Of a stretch of 64,000 bases of DNA, positions 25,722 through 35,648 are shown in pieces. Every line of letters starts with the position of its first letter. The first letter of the stretch is position 1. Under the pieces are notes generated by a model. The model searched no databases. It was not told the DNA's origin and saw nothing but the letters and a program-made list of their open reading frames with translations. The stretch is from positions 1-64,000 of the IMG/VR virus record IMGVR_UViG_3300033183_000491; one strand, 5' to 3'. A program made the translations under genes and the position numbers. The DNA comes from a virus.

Positions 25722-25972
25722 TGTTTTCTCTTTAATAATTCTATTACAGACTCCTGAAATTGTGGAGACTTTGCAATATTAAATATTTCTTCTTCAGAAT
25801 GTTTGAGATCATATTTTTTTGAAATGTTTGAAGCGATCTTTACAAATGATCTATTAATAATATTTCTAACAGTTGAATGGTTCATTTTATCTCCATCATC
25901 TGTCATTACTTTAGCAATGTCATGAAGACCAAGACCAACATTTTTAACAGTAACATATTTTTTATTTTTCAA
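25718..25972 (-). CDS. sigma-70 region 4.2-like HTH protein (detached C-terminal piece of the upstream sigma factor)
   Basis: [34 protein letters not shown] parallels RpoD [27 protein letters not shown]. The ORF begins at a TTG inside GAAAAATAAAAAAT, in the +1 frame relative to the sigma ORF stop. Confidence 0.55.
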   Translation of the reverse strand: MKNKKYVTVKNVGLGLHDIAKVMTDDGDKMNHSTVRNIINRSFVKIASNISKKYDLKHSEEEIFNIAKSPQFQESVIELLKRKQ

Positions 25973-26711
25973 GATATTCTCTCATTTCATCAGTAACTGG
26001 GAATTTATTAAAATTGTCATCATTATTATTAATACCAAATCGAAGTCTAATAATTTTTTCTTCTTTTGGTGTTAAAAGACTTAAACTCTCTTCGACGATC
26101 TTGTTTAATTCTTTATTTTCTAGAGTTTGTGCAGGATTAGAAAATTCTGATTCATCTTCAACTTTATCAAGTAAACTTAAACTCTCATCATCTTTTTTAT
26201 TATAAATAGACATAATTTGTTTATTAGACTTAAGAGTATATTTAACCTTTTTTACAGGTTCATCAATTAATTTAGAAATTTCTTCTAGTGTAGGATTTCT
26301 TCCATTTTCATCTTCAAATCCTGCAATTTCTTTTTTAATTTTTGCATTTAACAGTCTTGAGTGTGTTGGGACTTTAATATTAGAAGAATTTTCATTAATA
26401 TATTGTAAAGCTGCCTGTTTAATCCACCAACATGCATAAGTACTAAATTTAAACCCTAATTCAGGATCAAACTTATTAACAGCTTTCAATAATCCAATTG
26501 TACTTTCTTGAAGTAAGTCTTCAAAGTCAAGATCTTGCCTGTGATATTTTTTAGCAATAGAAATAACAAGACGAAGATTAGATTCTACTAGCTTTTTCTT
26601 TGCAGATTCATCTCCTTTTTTAATTCTTCTTGATAATTCAATTTCTTGTTTTTTGGTTAGTAAAGGATTTGCCTTGATAATTTTTGAATATTCTGCGCTA
26701 ACAATAGCCAT
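25962..26711 (-). CDS. sigma-70 family RNA polymerase sigma factor (regions 1.2-4.1 only)
   Basis: Region 2: [37 protein letters not shown]. Region 4.1: [15 protein letters not shown]. The ORF then stops before any region 4.2 HTH. Confidence 0.85.
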   Translation of the reverse strand: MAIVSAEYSKIIKANPLLTKKQEIELSRRIKKGDESAKKKLVESNLRLVISIAKKYHRQDLDFEDLLQESTIGLLKAVNKFDPELGFKFSTYACWWIKQAALQYINENSSNIKVPTHSRLLNAKIKKEIAGFEDENGRNPTLEEISKLIDEPVKKVKYTLKSNKQIMSIYNKKDDESLSLLDKVEDESEFSNPAQTLENKELNKIVEESLSLLTPKEEKIIRLRFGINNNDDNFNKFPVTDEMREYLEK

Positions 26712-26751
26712 TCAATTTCCTTTTTGTAAAGTATAATTTTTATAAATTATA

Positions 26752-26952
26752 TTATATGTCAATTATAATTACACGCCGGGGTTCTTTTGGTGTATTATCT
26801 ATCTTATCGTTAAGATTATAATCATAAGGATTAGGTAATTCAATCCTTAACATACGATCATTTTCTTCTCTAGTTTGTTGATCTATTTTATCTTGAATTG
26901 TTTTCTTAATTAATAGATCAGTTAAAACATCTTTATCTAACTTAGAAGACAT
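26752..26952 (-). CDS. hypothetical protein
   Basis: 66-aa ORF between groEL and the sigma gene. Confidence 0.5.
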   Translation of the reverse strand: MSSKLDKDVLTDLLIKKTIQDKIDQQTREENDRMLRIELPNPYDYNLNDKIDNTPKEPRRVIIIDI

Positions 26953-26979
26953 AACTTCCTCCTGATAATTGTACCTATA

Positions 26980-28611
26980 TTAATACATATCATCAGATAG
27001 TTGAACTAGCTGGACTCCTGCATGTGAATCATTTGTATTTAATACGATACATCCTACTGACAGGAGACTATTACATACACTTACTGCATTTGAAATTGCT
27101 GTTGCTGTTACTTTTTGTGGATCAATAATTCCTTTATCAATCATATCAACATAACTTTCAGTCCTAACGTCATAACCATAATTCCAGTCAGGATTATTCT
27201 TGATCATTTCAATAATATAATCAACAGGTTTATCACCATTATGCAAGATCTTTCTTAAAGGTGAAATACAAGCATCAGAAACGATTTTTGAAACTGTGCT
27301 ATCTAATAATGATTCTTCTTCATTATCTTCTAACAATTTAATCCCTGCACGCGCTAAAGCAATTCCACCTCCTGGTAAGAATCCACTTTCAATAGCAGCT
27401 TTTGTTGCATGAAGTGCATCATCAATTCTATCAACTAATTCAAGGAGTTCTGATTCTGTATGTGCTCCAATTGATAGAACAGCTACAACTCCCTTGTTAA
27501 TAATAAGACGTTGCTTATAGAATACTTCTTCTTCTTTTGTAATAGTTTTATCTTCTAACTTCTTTTCAATATCTTTAGAAATCTCGTCAGAATTTTCACA
27601 TGAAGCACATTCAACAAACAATGTCGTATCATGATTAGTTTCAATTTTCTTACAAGAACCTAGATCTGAAAGAACTGTGTTTGATATCTCTTTTTCATCT
27701 AAGTCATAGAAAACTTTTGTTCCTAATGCTTTTGATAGATCAGTTAAGATTTGATTTCTTTTTTCACCATAAAAAGGTGACCTAACTGCACAAACTTGCA
27801 ACATTCCTTTTGAAACATTTGCCAACAACGACTGGATTGTTTCTTGTTCATAATCATTTGCAATCAAGAACAAAGGTTTTCCAGTTTGATGGACTTTTTC
27901 AAGAATAGGAAGAATCTGTGTAAGAGAATTTAACTTACAAGACATAATCATCACAAGAGGATCATCCAAAATGGTTTTAGATTTCTCATTATCATTAATA
28001 AAATAAGGAGAAACATATCCTCGATCAATCTTAACACCTCTTACAAGTTTAAGTTCTGTACTAGTTGTTTTTGATTTTTCAACAGTTACCAGACCAGAAG
28101 TTCCAACTTCAAGCATCGCATTAGCAATTAAATCACCAATATATTCATCACCATTAGCTGAAATGGTTGCTACTTGTTTGATTTCTTCATTAGAAGAAAC
28201 CTTTTTTGATTTTTCACTTAGAATATCAATAACATCAGAGACCTTTTTATTAAGGTAACTTGTAATTTCAGATGGTGATCCGATTCCTGTCTGTAAAGCT
28301 TGTGATGCTCTAAAATATAGTTCTTTAGCAAGGACTGTTGATGTTGTACTACCATCTCCAGCAACTGTTGCTGTATTTTCACTCGCTTGTTTAAGTAATT
28401 TTGCTCCTAGATCTTCAACTCGGTTATTTAAAACAATACTTTTCGCTACAGTTGCTCCGTCTTTTGTTAAGTGAGGAGGCTCGTTGTTTTTCTCAATAAG
28501 AACTAGCTTTCCTCTAGGACCCATTGTAATTGATACAGCATCACAAAGTTTTTTGACTCCACTTTTAAGAAGTGATTGTGCTTCAGCATCAAAATAAATT
28601 AAATCAGACAT
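26980..28611 (-). CDS. groEL: chaperonin GroEL (Cpn60)
   Basis: ITMGPRGKLVLIEK, HLTKDGATVAKSI, AGDGSTTSTVLA and LPGGGIALARA. 543 aa. Confidence 0.9.
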   Translation of the reverse strand: MSDLIYFDAEAQSLLKSGVKKLCDAVSITMGPRGKLVLIEKNNEPPHLTKDGATVAKSIVLNNRVEDLGAKLLKQASENTATVAGDGSTTSTVLAKELYFRASQALQTGIGSPSEITSYLNKKVSDVIDILSEKSKKVSSNEEIKQVATISANGDEYIGDLIANAMLEVGTSGLVTVEKSKTTSTELKLVRGVKIDRGYVSPYFINDNEKSKTILDDPLVMIMSCKLNSLTQILPILEKVHQTGKPLFLIANDYEQETIQSLLANVSKGMLQVCAVRSPFYGEKRNQILTDLSKALGTKVFYDLDEKEISNTVLSDLGSCKKIETNHDTTLFVECASCENSDEISKDIEKKLEDKTITKEEEVFYKQRLIINKGVVAVLSIGAHTESELLELVDRIDDALHATKAAIESGFLPGGGIALARAGIKLLEDNEEESLLDSTVSKIVSDACISPLRKILHNGDKPVDYIIEMIKNNPDWNYGYDVRTESYVDMIDKGIIDPQKVTATAISNAVSVCNSLLSVGCIVLNTNDSHAGVQLVQLSDDMY

Positions 28612-28613
28612 TT

Positions 28614-28832
28614 TTATCCTTTAAGAAGTGTTTTACTAGAATTACTTACAGTTGACTCATTTTGATTCATAGAAGTAATAGTTGTTCTATCAATCATTCT
28701 TTTTTCATTAGTCAATACGTCTTTTGCAAAATAAAGATCTCCTGATTGAATCGCTACTTCATTCTCAGAAATTACGTTTTTATTTCTTAGTTCGACTAAA
28801 ATATTATTTGGAAGTACAGACTCAGTTGTCAT
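28614..28832 (-). CDS. hypothetical protein in the groES position
   Basis: 72-aa ORF immediately upstream of groEL. It has only a vague LPNNILVEL resemblance to the GroES N-terminus and is too short for a canonical Cpn10. Confidence 0.45.
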   Translation of the reverse strand: MTTESVLPNNILVELRNKNVISENEVAIQSGDLYFAKDVLTNEKRMIDRTTITSMNQNESTVSNSSKTLLKG

Positions 28833-29643
28833 TTAATAGATTCCTTTCTAGTAAATTAAATGTTTTTATATAATTGTTCCATGACTTTTCTTTTCCTATT
28901 ATAGAATTAAATTCGAAATTTATAAATTCTTTTTTCAATTCTTCCCAATTAAATTTATTTTTCTTCGATATTTCAAATTCTTTTGATTCTTCACTTAGAT
29001 CATGAAGTTTAATCATGAAAACATTCTTGTCATATTTTTCTTTATTATTTTCTACTAACAAAAACTCATTCATTAAATTTTCATCTGAAAGGAGTTTTTG
29101 TGCTTTCTTGTTTCCTACACCATTGAATCCAATAATATTATCAGATTTGTCTCCAACTAATGCTTTCCAAGATACATAATCATATTCTGTTTTTTCAAGA
29201 AAACATTTTCTAACAGGATTGTATACCTCAGTTGTTTCATTAATACATTGGATAAAATCCGTGTCAGATGATATAATTGTTACATTGTCATCTTTATGTT
29301 TCTCAGAGCATAAATAACCAATAACATCATCACATTCATAGTCGTTATGTCTAACGGTCACAAAAGGAAGATATTCTTTTATCATTCTTATAATTTCTTT
29401 TCTTTGATGCGAGAAATTATCTTTGTCATGATAAGTTCTTGTTCCCTTATAATCAGGATCAATATTTAATCTCTTTGTTGGTCTTCCCTCTAAAACAAAA
29501 TAACATAAATCTGGATTAAACTTTTCAATTAAGGGTCTAACACTTCTAAAAAAATTAAATATTACAGAATGATCTCCTTTATTCATTCTAGAATATCTAG
29601 CTCTATAAATTAAGTTATATCCGTCAAGCAGTACTACTTTCAT
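28822..29643 (-). CDS. 5'-3' exonuclease / flap endonuclease (T4 RNase H / Pol I 5'-nuclease family)
   Basis: VVLLDGYNLIYRA, YKGTR, ECDDVIGY, IISSDTDFIQ and GDKSDNIIGFNGVGNKKAQKLL. Confidence 0.9.
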   Translation of the reverse strand: MKVVLLDGYNLIYRARYSRMNKGDHSVIFNFFRSVRPLIEKFNPDLCYFVLEGRPTKRLNIDPDYKGTRTYHDKDNFSHQRKEIIRMIKEYLPFVTVRHNDYECDDVIGYLCSEKHKDDNVTIISSDTDFIQCINETTEVYNPVRKCFLEKTEYDYVSWKALVGDKSDNIIGFNGVGNKKAQKLLSDENLMNEFLLVENNKEKYDKNVFMIKLHDLSEESKEFEISKKNKFNWEELKKEFINFEFNSIIGKEKSWNNYIKTFNLLERNLLNDN

Positions 29644-30109
29644 TTTCCTCTTCTATTTCAGGATCATCTTTCAACAATTCTTCAGATAAGACACCTGTAT
29701 TGTCAATAATATTAGCAGTTTGACCATTTTCCAAAATAATCTTTTTTTGGTCTTTATTTATTATAACATTATTTGACTCATTTTTACACTCAAAATTATC
29801 TTTTATTTTTTCTTTCTTTTCTTCAATAAAAAACTCTTCTTCTAAAGTCATTGCATCTTCAATCATTTTGTCAATTGATTCTTTTGCTTTCTTAAGAAGA
29901 TAATCATTTACTTCGTCTAAGTCTAGAAAAATATTTTCAAGTTTTTCAATATCCACTTTTTGACTTTTTTTATTCGGTAATAAAACTTTATAGTTTGTTA
30001 CTTCACCATTCAAATCTTTAATCACAATTTGTTCTACGACTTGAACCGGCACAACTATTTGTTTGTCTTTTATAATTGTATATAAAACTTGTCCTACATC
30101 GTATGACAT
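29624..30109 (-). CDS. hypothetical acidic protein
   Basis: 161-aa ORF. No motif. Confidence 0.55.
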   Translation of the reverse strand: MSYDVGQVLYTIIKDKQIVVPVQVVEQIVIKDLNGEVTNYKVLLPNKKSQKVDIEKLENIFLDLDEVNDYLLKKAKESIDKMIEDAMTLEEEFFIEEKKEKIKDNFECKNESNNVIINKDQKKIILENGQTANIIDNTGVLSEELLKDDPEIEEENESSTA

Positions 30110-30116
30110 ATTGATA

Positions 30117-30446
30117 TTATTCCTCTTCTCTTAAGTTATCACTTATTTTATCATTAATCTGTTCACCAAGTTTTGCTGCTTCTTTCAAAGGCATCAAACC
30201 TAATGCAACTCTTACCACATCATAAAGGTCTTCACTCAGCTTACTTTTTAATTGCATCATATTAGCATATGAATGAAGAACTATCTCTCTCTCAAATTCT
30301 TCATCTTCAATTTTTCTTGATTCATACATAAAAAGCACAGAAGGCATATTTTGATTATCTTCTACATTAATAAAAGGCAATCCTCCTGTTATTGTCTCTT
30401 CACCCTTACTAAAATCTTCATAACAAATTTCTGGTTGTCTATTCAT
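30117..30446 (-). CDS. hypothetical protein
   Basis: 109-aa ORF. No motif. Confidence 0.55.
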   Translation of the reverse strand: MNRQPEICYEDFSKGEETITGGLPFINVEDNQNMPSVLFMYESRKIEDEEFEREIVLHSYANMMQLKSKLSEDLYDVVRVALGLMPLKEAAKLGEQINDKISDNLREEE

Positions 30447-30515
30447 TCATCATACTCCTAATATTAAGAAGTATAATAAAAATCAAACAAGTTTATAAAT
30501 TAAATTTTATATTCT

Positions 30516-32870
30516 TTAACCAGTGAGATCTTTAAACAAATCTTCAAGATCTGATTTTTTCCCTGTAAATTTTGTCATATCTGTTATTGTAAATGCATTT
30601 ATTAGTTCTTCTTTATTGAAAATTTGTTTATCACTTGTTGCCACGCCTACTATTCCACCTAATTTATTGTTGTTTAAAATATTAAGAAGTTCTAAAGGTG
30701 AAAAAGTTTTACTATTATTTTGAGAACAATAGACTACCAAGTTATAAATAAGTTGTAAACTTTCTTTTCTGATGTCACTTTGTTCATCAAATTCGTATTC
30801 TAAATCAGATTTATGTTTTTTAAGACCTTTACAAGCAAATTCTACAATTTCTTTTACAATGTTTTTATTATTTCTTAGACTATTAAAGAAAGATTTTTTA
30901 AGATCTTCAGAATCTTCTTGTTGAGAATCAGATTTTTCACTATCTTCAACTTCAGATGATTGACTATCATTTTGTTTTTCTTCTTTACTTTCTGGACTTT
31001 TAGTCTGAGTAGAACCACTTGATTGACTATCTTGGTCAAGATTTAAACTTTTCTGTTGTCCAGTCGTGTCGCCTGATTTTTCGTTTCTATTTAATTTTTT
31101 TTGTTGTTGTGAAGATTTTGGATTTCTTTGCTGATCTTCAGAAGCTTTTTCTTCTAATGATTTTATTTCTTTTTTAAACTTTTCTATTTCTCTTAATGAC
31201 TTGTTAAATACAGTATTGATCAAATTCTCTATCGATGTAGGATTAAAACTTTCTAATATCGTAACTAAACTTTGTGCATCTTCACTCAAGTATTTAGTAT
31301 TAATATTATTTTCATTTACCTGTTTTGCTAACGAGCTTATTTTCTTAAGATAAGAATCTTCACTCTTCACCTTTTTAGTAAAAATTTCATATTGTTTAGA
31401 GAAAAATTCTAAAAACAAAAGTTTAATCTTTCTTTCTAAGATTTTCTTTTCATCGCCAGTAGATTTATCTTCTTCAGATTTTAATTTGTTATAAGCTTCA
31501 GACAAAGCTTCATAGCCTGATTCATTTTTTTCAACGTGCGATTTAAGAAAATTTTCTATTATATTGTCTTTATTTAATAAATTAAAAACATTGTTTTCAG
31601 AAAGTTTTGTTTTATACGTGTTGATTAGTTCATTTTGAATATTTTCAACAGAATTTACTATAGCATTATCGTTAAAGACTTTTTTAAAGAATTCAATTTC
31701 TATATTGTAATGCTCTTTTTCAAGTTGAAGATATGCTAGAAATTTTTCTGTGTCTGACATGTCAATTTGATTTTCAACATCTTCCATATTTTCTTTAAAT
31801 TTACCAGTAGCTTCTTCAGTATTTATTTCTTCTTGAACATTCCTTTTTAAATCACCTATTAGAATTTCTTGAATATCTTCATCTAGCAGTGCAATTGCTA
31901 CAGCTAAAGAGTTAATTAGTTCTAAAAATTTATATGTCCAATCGTCTTGTTTGTAACTTTTATCAACTTCAGTTATAATACTTAAAGTGTTATTATTTAT
32001 AGAAAGAATATTTTTAGATTTAATATTAAAATTTTCATTTGAAAGTTTACCTTCTTTTGAGTCAATTTCTCTTAAAGAAGATCTTAGTTTTGTAATAAAA
32101 TCGTTTGCTTTTTTCTTGTCACCTATTTTATCTGATCTTAGTGTTGTACCACTAAGTGCTTTTGACATTATATTTAATGTTTTTTGTGACTTTGTTTTTT
32201 TAAGTTTGTTTATTTTATCTAAAGAACCTTGAAATATTTTTTTATTAAGAAAAATAGTTATTAATCTTTCTAATTGAACTTTTGTTGATCTATTTTCATT
32301 CAGGATTTTTCTTACTCTTTGATCTGAATGACTTTTATCTCTCTCTTTTCTGTTTTTTGGTAAAATATCAATTAACATAAAATATCTTATTAAATCAAGA
32401 GTATCAAACGAAAGTGGATTTAGTTTACTATATCTTGCTTTTGAGTAAGTTCTCCCAGTTAATATATTAGATATATTAATACTTTCTAAAGCAGAATATC
32501 CGGGTATACCTAAAAGATATGCTGATATTTCTGTTTCAGAAACACCCGCATCAGACATCATAGATGAAACTTTTGAATCAACACTTTTAATGACTGAATC
32601 TGTGTTATCAATAAATTTTATCCTAGATTCTTTCATTGCTTTTTCAAAATCTTCTAAAGACATTAATCCTAAACTAGCTCTTATCGTATAAATAAAATTA
32701 TTTTTTAAAAACTTAATGTTTTGAAATGCAAATTTAGCACTATCTTTTGCAAAGCTTGAAATATCTTTTGCAGTACCTATAGTCATTTTAGATAGTTCAT
32801 CAAAGTCACTATCTTCTTTTAATAACAAGTTATTTTTTCTTATTTTAAGAATCTTTTTGATTTTCTTCAT
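30516..32870 (-). CDS. large coiled-coil / low-complexity protein
   Basis: 784 aa, Lys/Glu/Ser-rich, with an acidic Ser/Gln tract (SQQQKKLNRNEKSGDTTGQQ...SEVEDSEKSDSQQEDSED). N-terminus KKILKIRKNNLLLKED. Confidence 0.65.
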   Translation of the reverse strand: MKKIKKILKIRKNNLLLKEDSDFDELSKMTIGTAKDISSFAKDSAKFAFQNIKFLKNNFIYTIRASLGLMSLEDFEKAMKESRIKFIDNTDSVIKSVDSKVSSMMSDAGVSETEISAYLLGIPGYSALESINISNILTGRTYSKARYSKLNPLSFDTLDLIRYFMLIDILPKNRKERDKSHSDQRVRKILNENRSTKVQLERLITIFLNKKIFQGSLDKINKLKKTKSQKTLNIMSKALSGTTLRSDKIGDKKKANDFITKLRSSLREIDSKEGKLSNENFNIKSKNILSINNNTLSIITEVDKSYKQDDWTYKFLELINSLAVAIALLDEDIQEILIGDLKRNVQEEINTEEATGKFKENMEDVENQIDMSDTEKFLAYLQLEKEHYNIEIEFFKKVFNDNAIVNSVENIQNELINTYKTKLSENNVFNLLNKDNIIENFLKSHVEKNESGYEALSEAYNKLKSEEDKSTGDEKKILERKIKLLFLEFFSKQYEIFTKKVKSEDSYLKKISSLAKQVNENNINTKYLSEDAQSLVTILESFNPTSIENLINTVFNKSLREIEKFKKEIKSLEEKASEDQQRNPKSSQQQKKLNRNEKSGDTTGQQKSLNLDQDSQSSGSTQTKSPESKEEKQNDSQSSEVEDSEKSDSQQEDSEDLKKSFFNSLRNNKNIVKEIVEFACKGLKKHKSDLEYEFDEQSDIRKESLQLIYNLVVYCSQNNSKTFSPLELLNILNNNKLGGIVGVATSDKQIFNKEELINAFTITDMTKFTGKKSDLEDLFKDLTG

Positions 32871-33132
32871 AATGAGTATCTTCTTCAGCTAATATTAATT
32901 CTAATCCATAATTATCTTGACAAAATTTAATAAAAGAAATTTCGAATGAATTCAATGTCTGTTTAAGTGTTTTTTCATTTCTTGTCGAGAAATATTTTCT
33001 TATAGTAGGATGAGAATATCTTAAAATATATTTTTTAATAACTAACCAGTCATTATCTTCATATACATCAATTAATTCTTCAAATAATTCTATTATCTTG
33101 TCTCTATGATTAGATTGAATTTCATTAAACAC
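32845..33132 (-). CDS. hypothetical protein
   Basis: 95-aa ORF. Confidence 0.5.
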   Translation of the reverse strand: MFNEIQSNHRDKIIELFEELIDVYEDNDWLVIKKYILRYSHPTIRKYFSTRNEKTLKQTLNSFEISFIKFCQDNYGLELILAEEDTHYEENQKDS

Positions 33133-34076
33133 TAAAAAACTCCGGGAAATAAAAAGTCATTTTTAAATTCGTTAGATTCTTTAAGAGGTTTTTCTTTATA
33201 AGATATTTCTTCAAAAAGAATATTTTTTTCTATATCTTGATCATATAAAATTATTGAATTATTGAAACCTAATTTTTTCTTTATAAATAAAAAGAATTCT
33301 TCATATAAGATATAAGGTAATAAGTTTTCTATACTATTATTAGAAATATCTTTTTCTTTTAATGATATTTTGCATTCAATTTTACTTTTATCGAATTTAA
33401 ATTTTTTTTGAATGTTATCGTATAATTTTATATTAATTTCTTTTTCTTCATAATGAAAAGTCATAGATTTATTAATAATATAAGTTTTAAACTCTCTAAA
33501 ATCTTCTATATAACTTTTTATATGATATTGATTTGGTATTATAATATTATTTGAGCCTATAATTTTACAAATTTTTTCATTAGTTGTGATAGAATTATCT
33601 ACAATAATTGATCTTTTATTTTTTATTGTAAAAACACCGGGTCTATTCTTATACTCACAAAATAAATAAATTCCTCTAATATGAAAAAGCTTATCATTTG
33701 AATATGTAACAGCTATAAATTTGTTTTCATTTTTCTTAAAATTAATACTATCCCAATACTTGTCATCTTTGTTTCTAGAAAACTCTTCTAGAATAACTTT
33801 AATTATACCATAGTCTTCAGAGTCTTCTTTATAATATTGACTTATTGTTTTTAAACATATACCATTTATATCTCGAGTTTTTTTTGTCCTGAAATCGATG
33901 ACGAATTCTTTTTTAATATTAGACCATCTAACAGGATAAATCTTATTAGAATTTAATTCTTGGCATCCCTTTTTTGATATTATTCTCAATACATTTTTAT
34001 AGAACAATAAACACTTGTCAGTAGAGTCAAGATATTTTAAATCATATGGCTTAATGCCATCAATAATGTTAAGCAT
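33132..34076 (-). CDS. hypothetical protein
   Basis: 314-aa ORF. No motif. Confidence 0.6.
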   Translation of the reverse strand: MLNIIDGIKPYDLKYLDSTDKCLLFYKNVLRIISKKGCQELNSNKIYPVRWSNIKKEFVIDFRTKKTRDINGICLKTISQYYKEDSEDYGIIKVILEEFSRNKDDKYWDSINFKKNENKFIAVTYSNDKLFHIRGIYLFCEYKNRPGVFTIKNKRSIIVDNSITTNEKICKIIGSNNIIIPNQYHIKSYIEDFREFKTYIINKSMTFHYEEKEINIKLYDNIQKKFKFDKSKIECKISLKEKDISNNSIENLLPYILYEEFFLFIKKKLGFNNSIILYDQDIEKNILFEEISYKEKPLKESNEFKNDFLFPGVF

Positions 34077-34746
34077 TATTTCTTTTAAAGACTTCTAAAA
34101 TTCCAGATTTGTCTTGTTTGTTTTCTCCAATTTTTACAGGAGTATTACTCAACCTTTCAGCTTCTTCTTTAGATTTTTGTTTTCTTGCAATAGATTTTCT
34201 TTTTTCGCTAGTTGCAGATCCATTCTTAGTAATATCGAATTTTAAATCTCGAGGAGAATAAGCAGCACTTCCGTCAACATCCATTAAAGTAACTTGAGTT
34301 AGTCCTTTCATAAAGATATAAAGAACATATTTTTCTCCCGGAGTTAATTTGTTGAAATATTTCTTCATTTCTTCACTAACTTCTGGGTCAGATAAAGAAT
34401 GAGATGCTCTAAATTGATTTAATGATCTAACTAATTCATCAAAATTAGTTGCATTAGACAAAGAAATCGTTGAAGGTGACTCATCAGGAGTACCTACATC
34501 CATATTTACTTCCTTATCATCACTTAATTCATCATCATCACCAGAGATTTTCTTAACGATTTCTTTATCTTCTTCTTCTTCACTATCTTTGGAGTCTTCT
34601 TTAACAGAATCTTTTACAATATCTTTTGCATGAGTTCCTCTTGATCGAGAATCTGCTATAAAACTATTAGCCCTGTCTTCAGCTTTATCCCATGGAGAAT
34701 CTTCATTTAAAATCTCTTTAAGTGAGTTAATAATATCAAAATTCAT
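34069..34746 (-). CDS. leader-family acidic protein
   Basis: MNFDIINSLKEILNED leader, then an acidic Ser/Asp/Glu-rich body. Confidence 0.6.
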   Translation of the reverse strand: MNFDIINSLKEILNEDSPWDKAEDRANSFIADSRSRGTHAKDIVKDSVKEDSKDSEEEEDKEIVKKISGDDDELSDDKEVNMDVGTPDESPSTISLSNATNFDELVRSLNQFRASHSLSDPEVSEEMKKYFNKLTPGEKYVLYIFMKGLTQVTLMDVDGSAAYSPRDLKFDITKNGSATSEKRKSIARKQKSKEEAERLSNTPVKIGENKQDKSGILEVFKRNNA

Positions 34747-34916
34747 TATTGTTTCTCCCAGACAATTCTATTTTGCCATCTTTCATGATACTGTTCAGCT
34801 CTTAATCTTCGAAGTCTATCAAGTTCTTGATCTTCAACTCTTTTTTGATTCTTTTGCTGATTTTCAGCTACTCTCTTATCCAAATCAGTTACAAACTTAT
34901 CAAATTCAAATTCCAT
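34746..34916 (-). CDS. hypothetical small charged protein (below the ORF-track cutoff)
   Basis: My own translation: MEFEFDKFVTDLDKRVAENQQKNQKRVEDQELDRLRRLRAEQYHERWQNRIVWEKQ. TAATG overlap with the next gene, and the start lies 1 nt after the upstream stop. Confidence 0.4.
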   Translation of the reverse strand: MEFEFDKFVTDLDKRVAENQQKNQKRVEDQELDRLRRLRAEQYHERWQNRIVWEKQ

Positions 34917-34917
34917 A

Positions 34918-35286
34918 TTAGATTTCCTGTTCTTTTAATATAACTATTTTTATTTTATAATTATTTTTCGAAATGAATTTTATTTTCTTTTTAGCTAAAT
35001 GTTTATTTGAATTGATAACTTTTAATTCTTTGTTTCCTAAACACAATTTAATATTAAAATCCGAGTTTGAGATTAATGTCTGTAAAGTGTTTTGATTCGA
35101 CATGAATGTCAACTTATACTTTTTATTACATTCATCTAAAGACAAAACAGATAACTTTTGATTATTGATCTCGATATAAAACTCAAAATCTTTTTCTTGA
35201 TAAGAATTATCAGATAGATTGTTTAAATCTATTAAGTCTTCTAAATCTTCTGAAAGGAATATTCTTTCTTCATTCTTCATTTGCAT
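34918..35286 (-). CDS. hypothetical protein
   Basis: 122-aa ORF. Confidence 0.55.
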   Translation of the reverse strand: MQMKNEERIFLSEDLEDLIDLNNLSDNSYQEKDFEFYIEINNQKLSVLSLDECNKKYKLTFMSNQNTLQTLISNSDFNIKLCLGNKELKVINSNKHLAKKKIKFISKNNYKIKIVILKEQEI

Positions 35287-35629
35287 AATAATACATGACG
35301 TCTTTTTTAATCTTATCTATTTCCTTAGAACACTCTAGTTCAAGCTCAGATATATGATTAGAATAAGCGTGAATTATAATACCTACATTTAAATCTCTAA
35401 ATCTAGTTTCAATATCGACTTCTAGATCACGTTTATATTTTATTATTTCAACTATAAAATTCTCGAAAAATTTTCTATCTTCAAACTTAAATACTTTTTT
35501 AATACTTCTTTCTTCCAAAGACCATTCAGACTTTTTTACATTTAAAGGTCTAAAACTGTTTTCAACTTCAAACTTTTTATTATTTGAAGTCTCATTTAAA
35601 TAGTCAAACATAATATTTTTTAAAATCAT
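35270..35629 (-). CDS. hypothetical protein, leader-like N-terminus
   Basis: MILKNIMFDYLNETS. Weak architectural resemblance to the pterin-4a-carbinolamine dehydratase fold, without its HHP motif. Confidence 0.5.
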   Translation of the reverse strand: MILKNIMFDYLNETSNNKKFEVENSFRPLNVKKSEWSLEERSIKKVFKFEDRKFFENFIVEIIKYKRDLEVDIETRFRDLNVGIIIHAYSNHISELELECSKEIDKIKKDVMYYYANEE

Positions 35630-35648
35630 TTTTTAATTTTCTTCTTTT

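Noticed and set aside
28614-28832. Calling the 72-aa ORF upstream of groEL a GroES/Cpn10 co-chaperonin.
   Set aside because: Only position supports it. There is no mobile-loop or Cpn10 signature and it is about 25 residues too short. It is listed as hypothetical.
35270-35629. Pterin-4a-carbinolamine dehydratase (PCD/DCoH) assignment.
   Set aside because: Only the general beta-alpha-beta spacing resembles PCD. The diagnostic HHP motif is absent.
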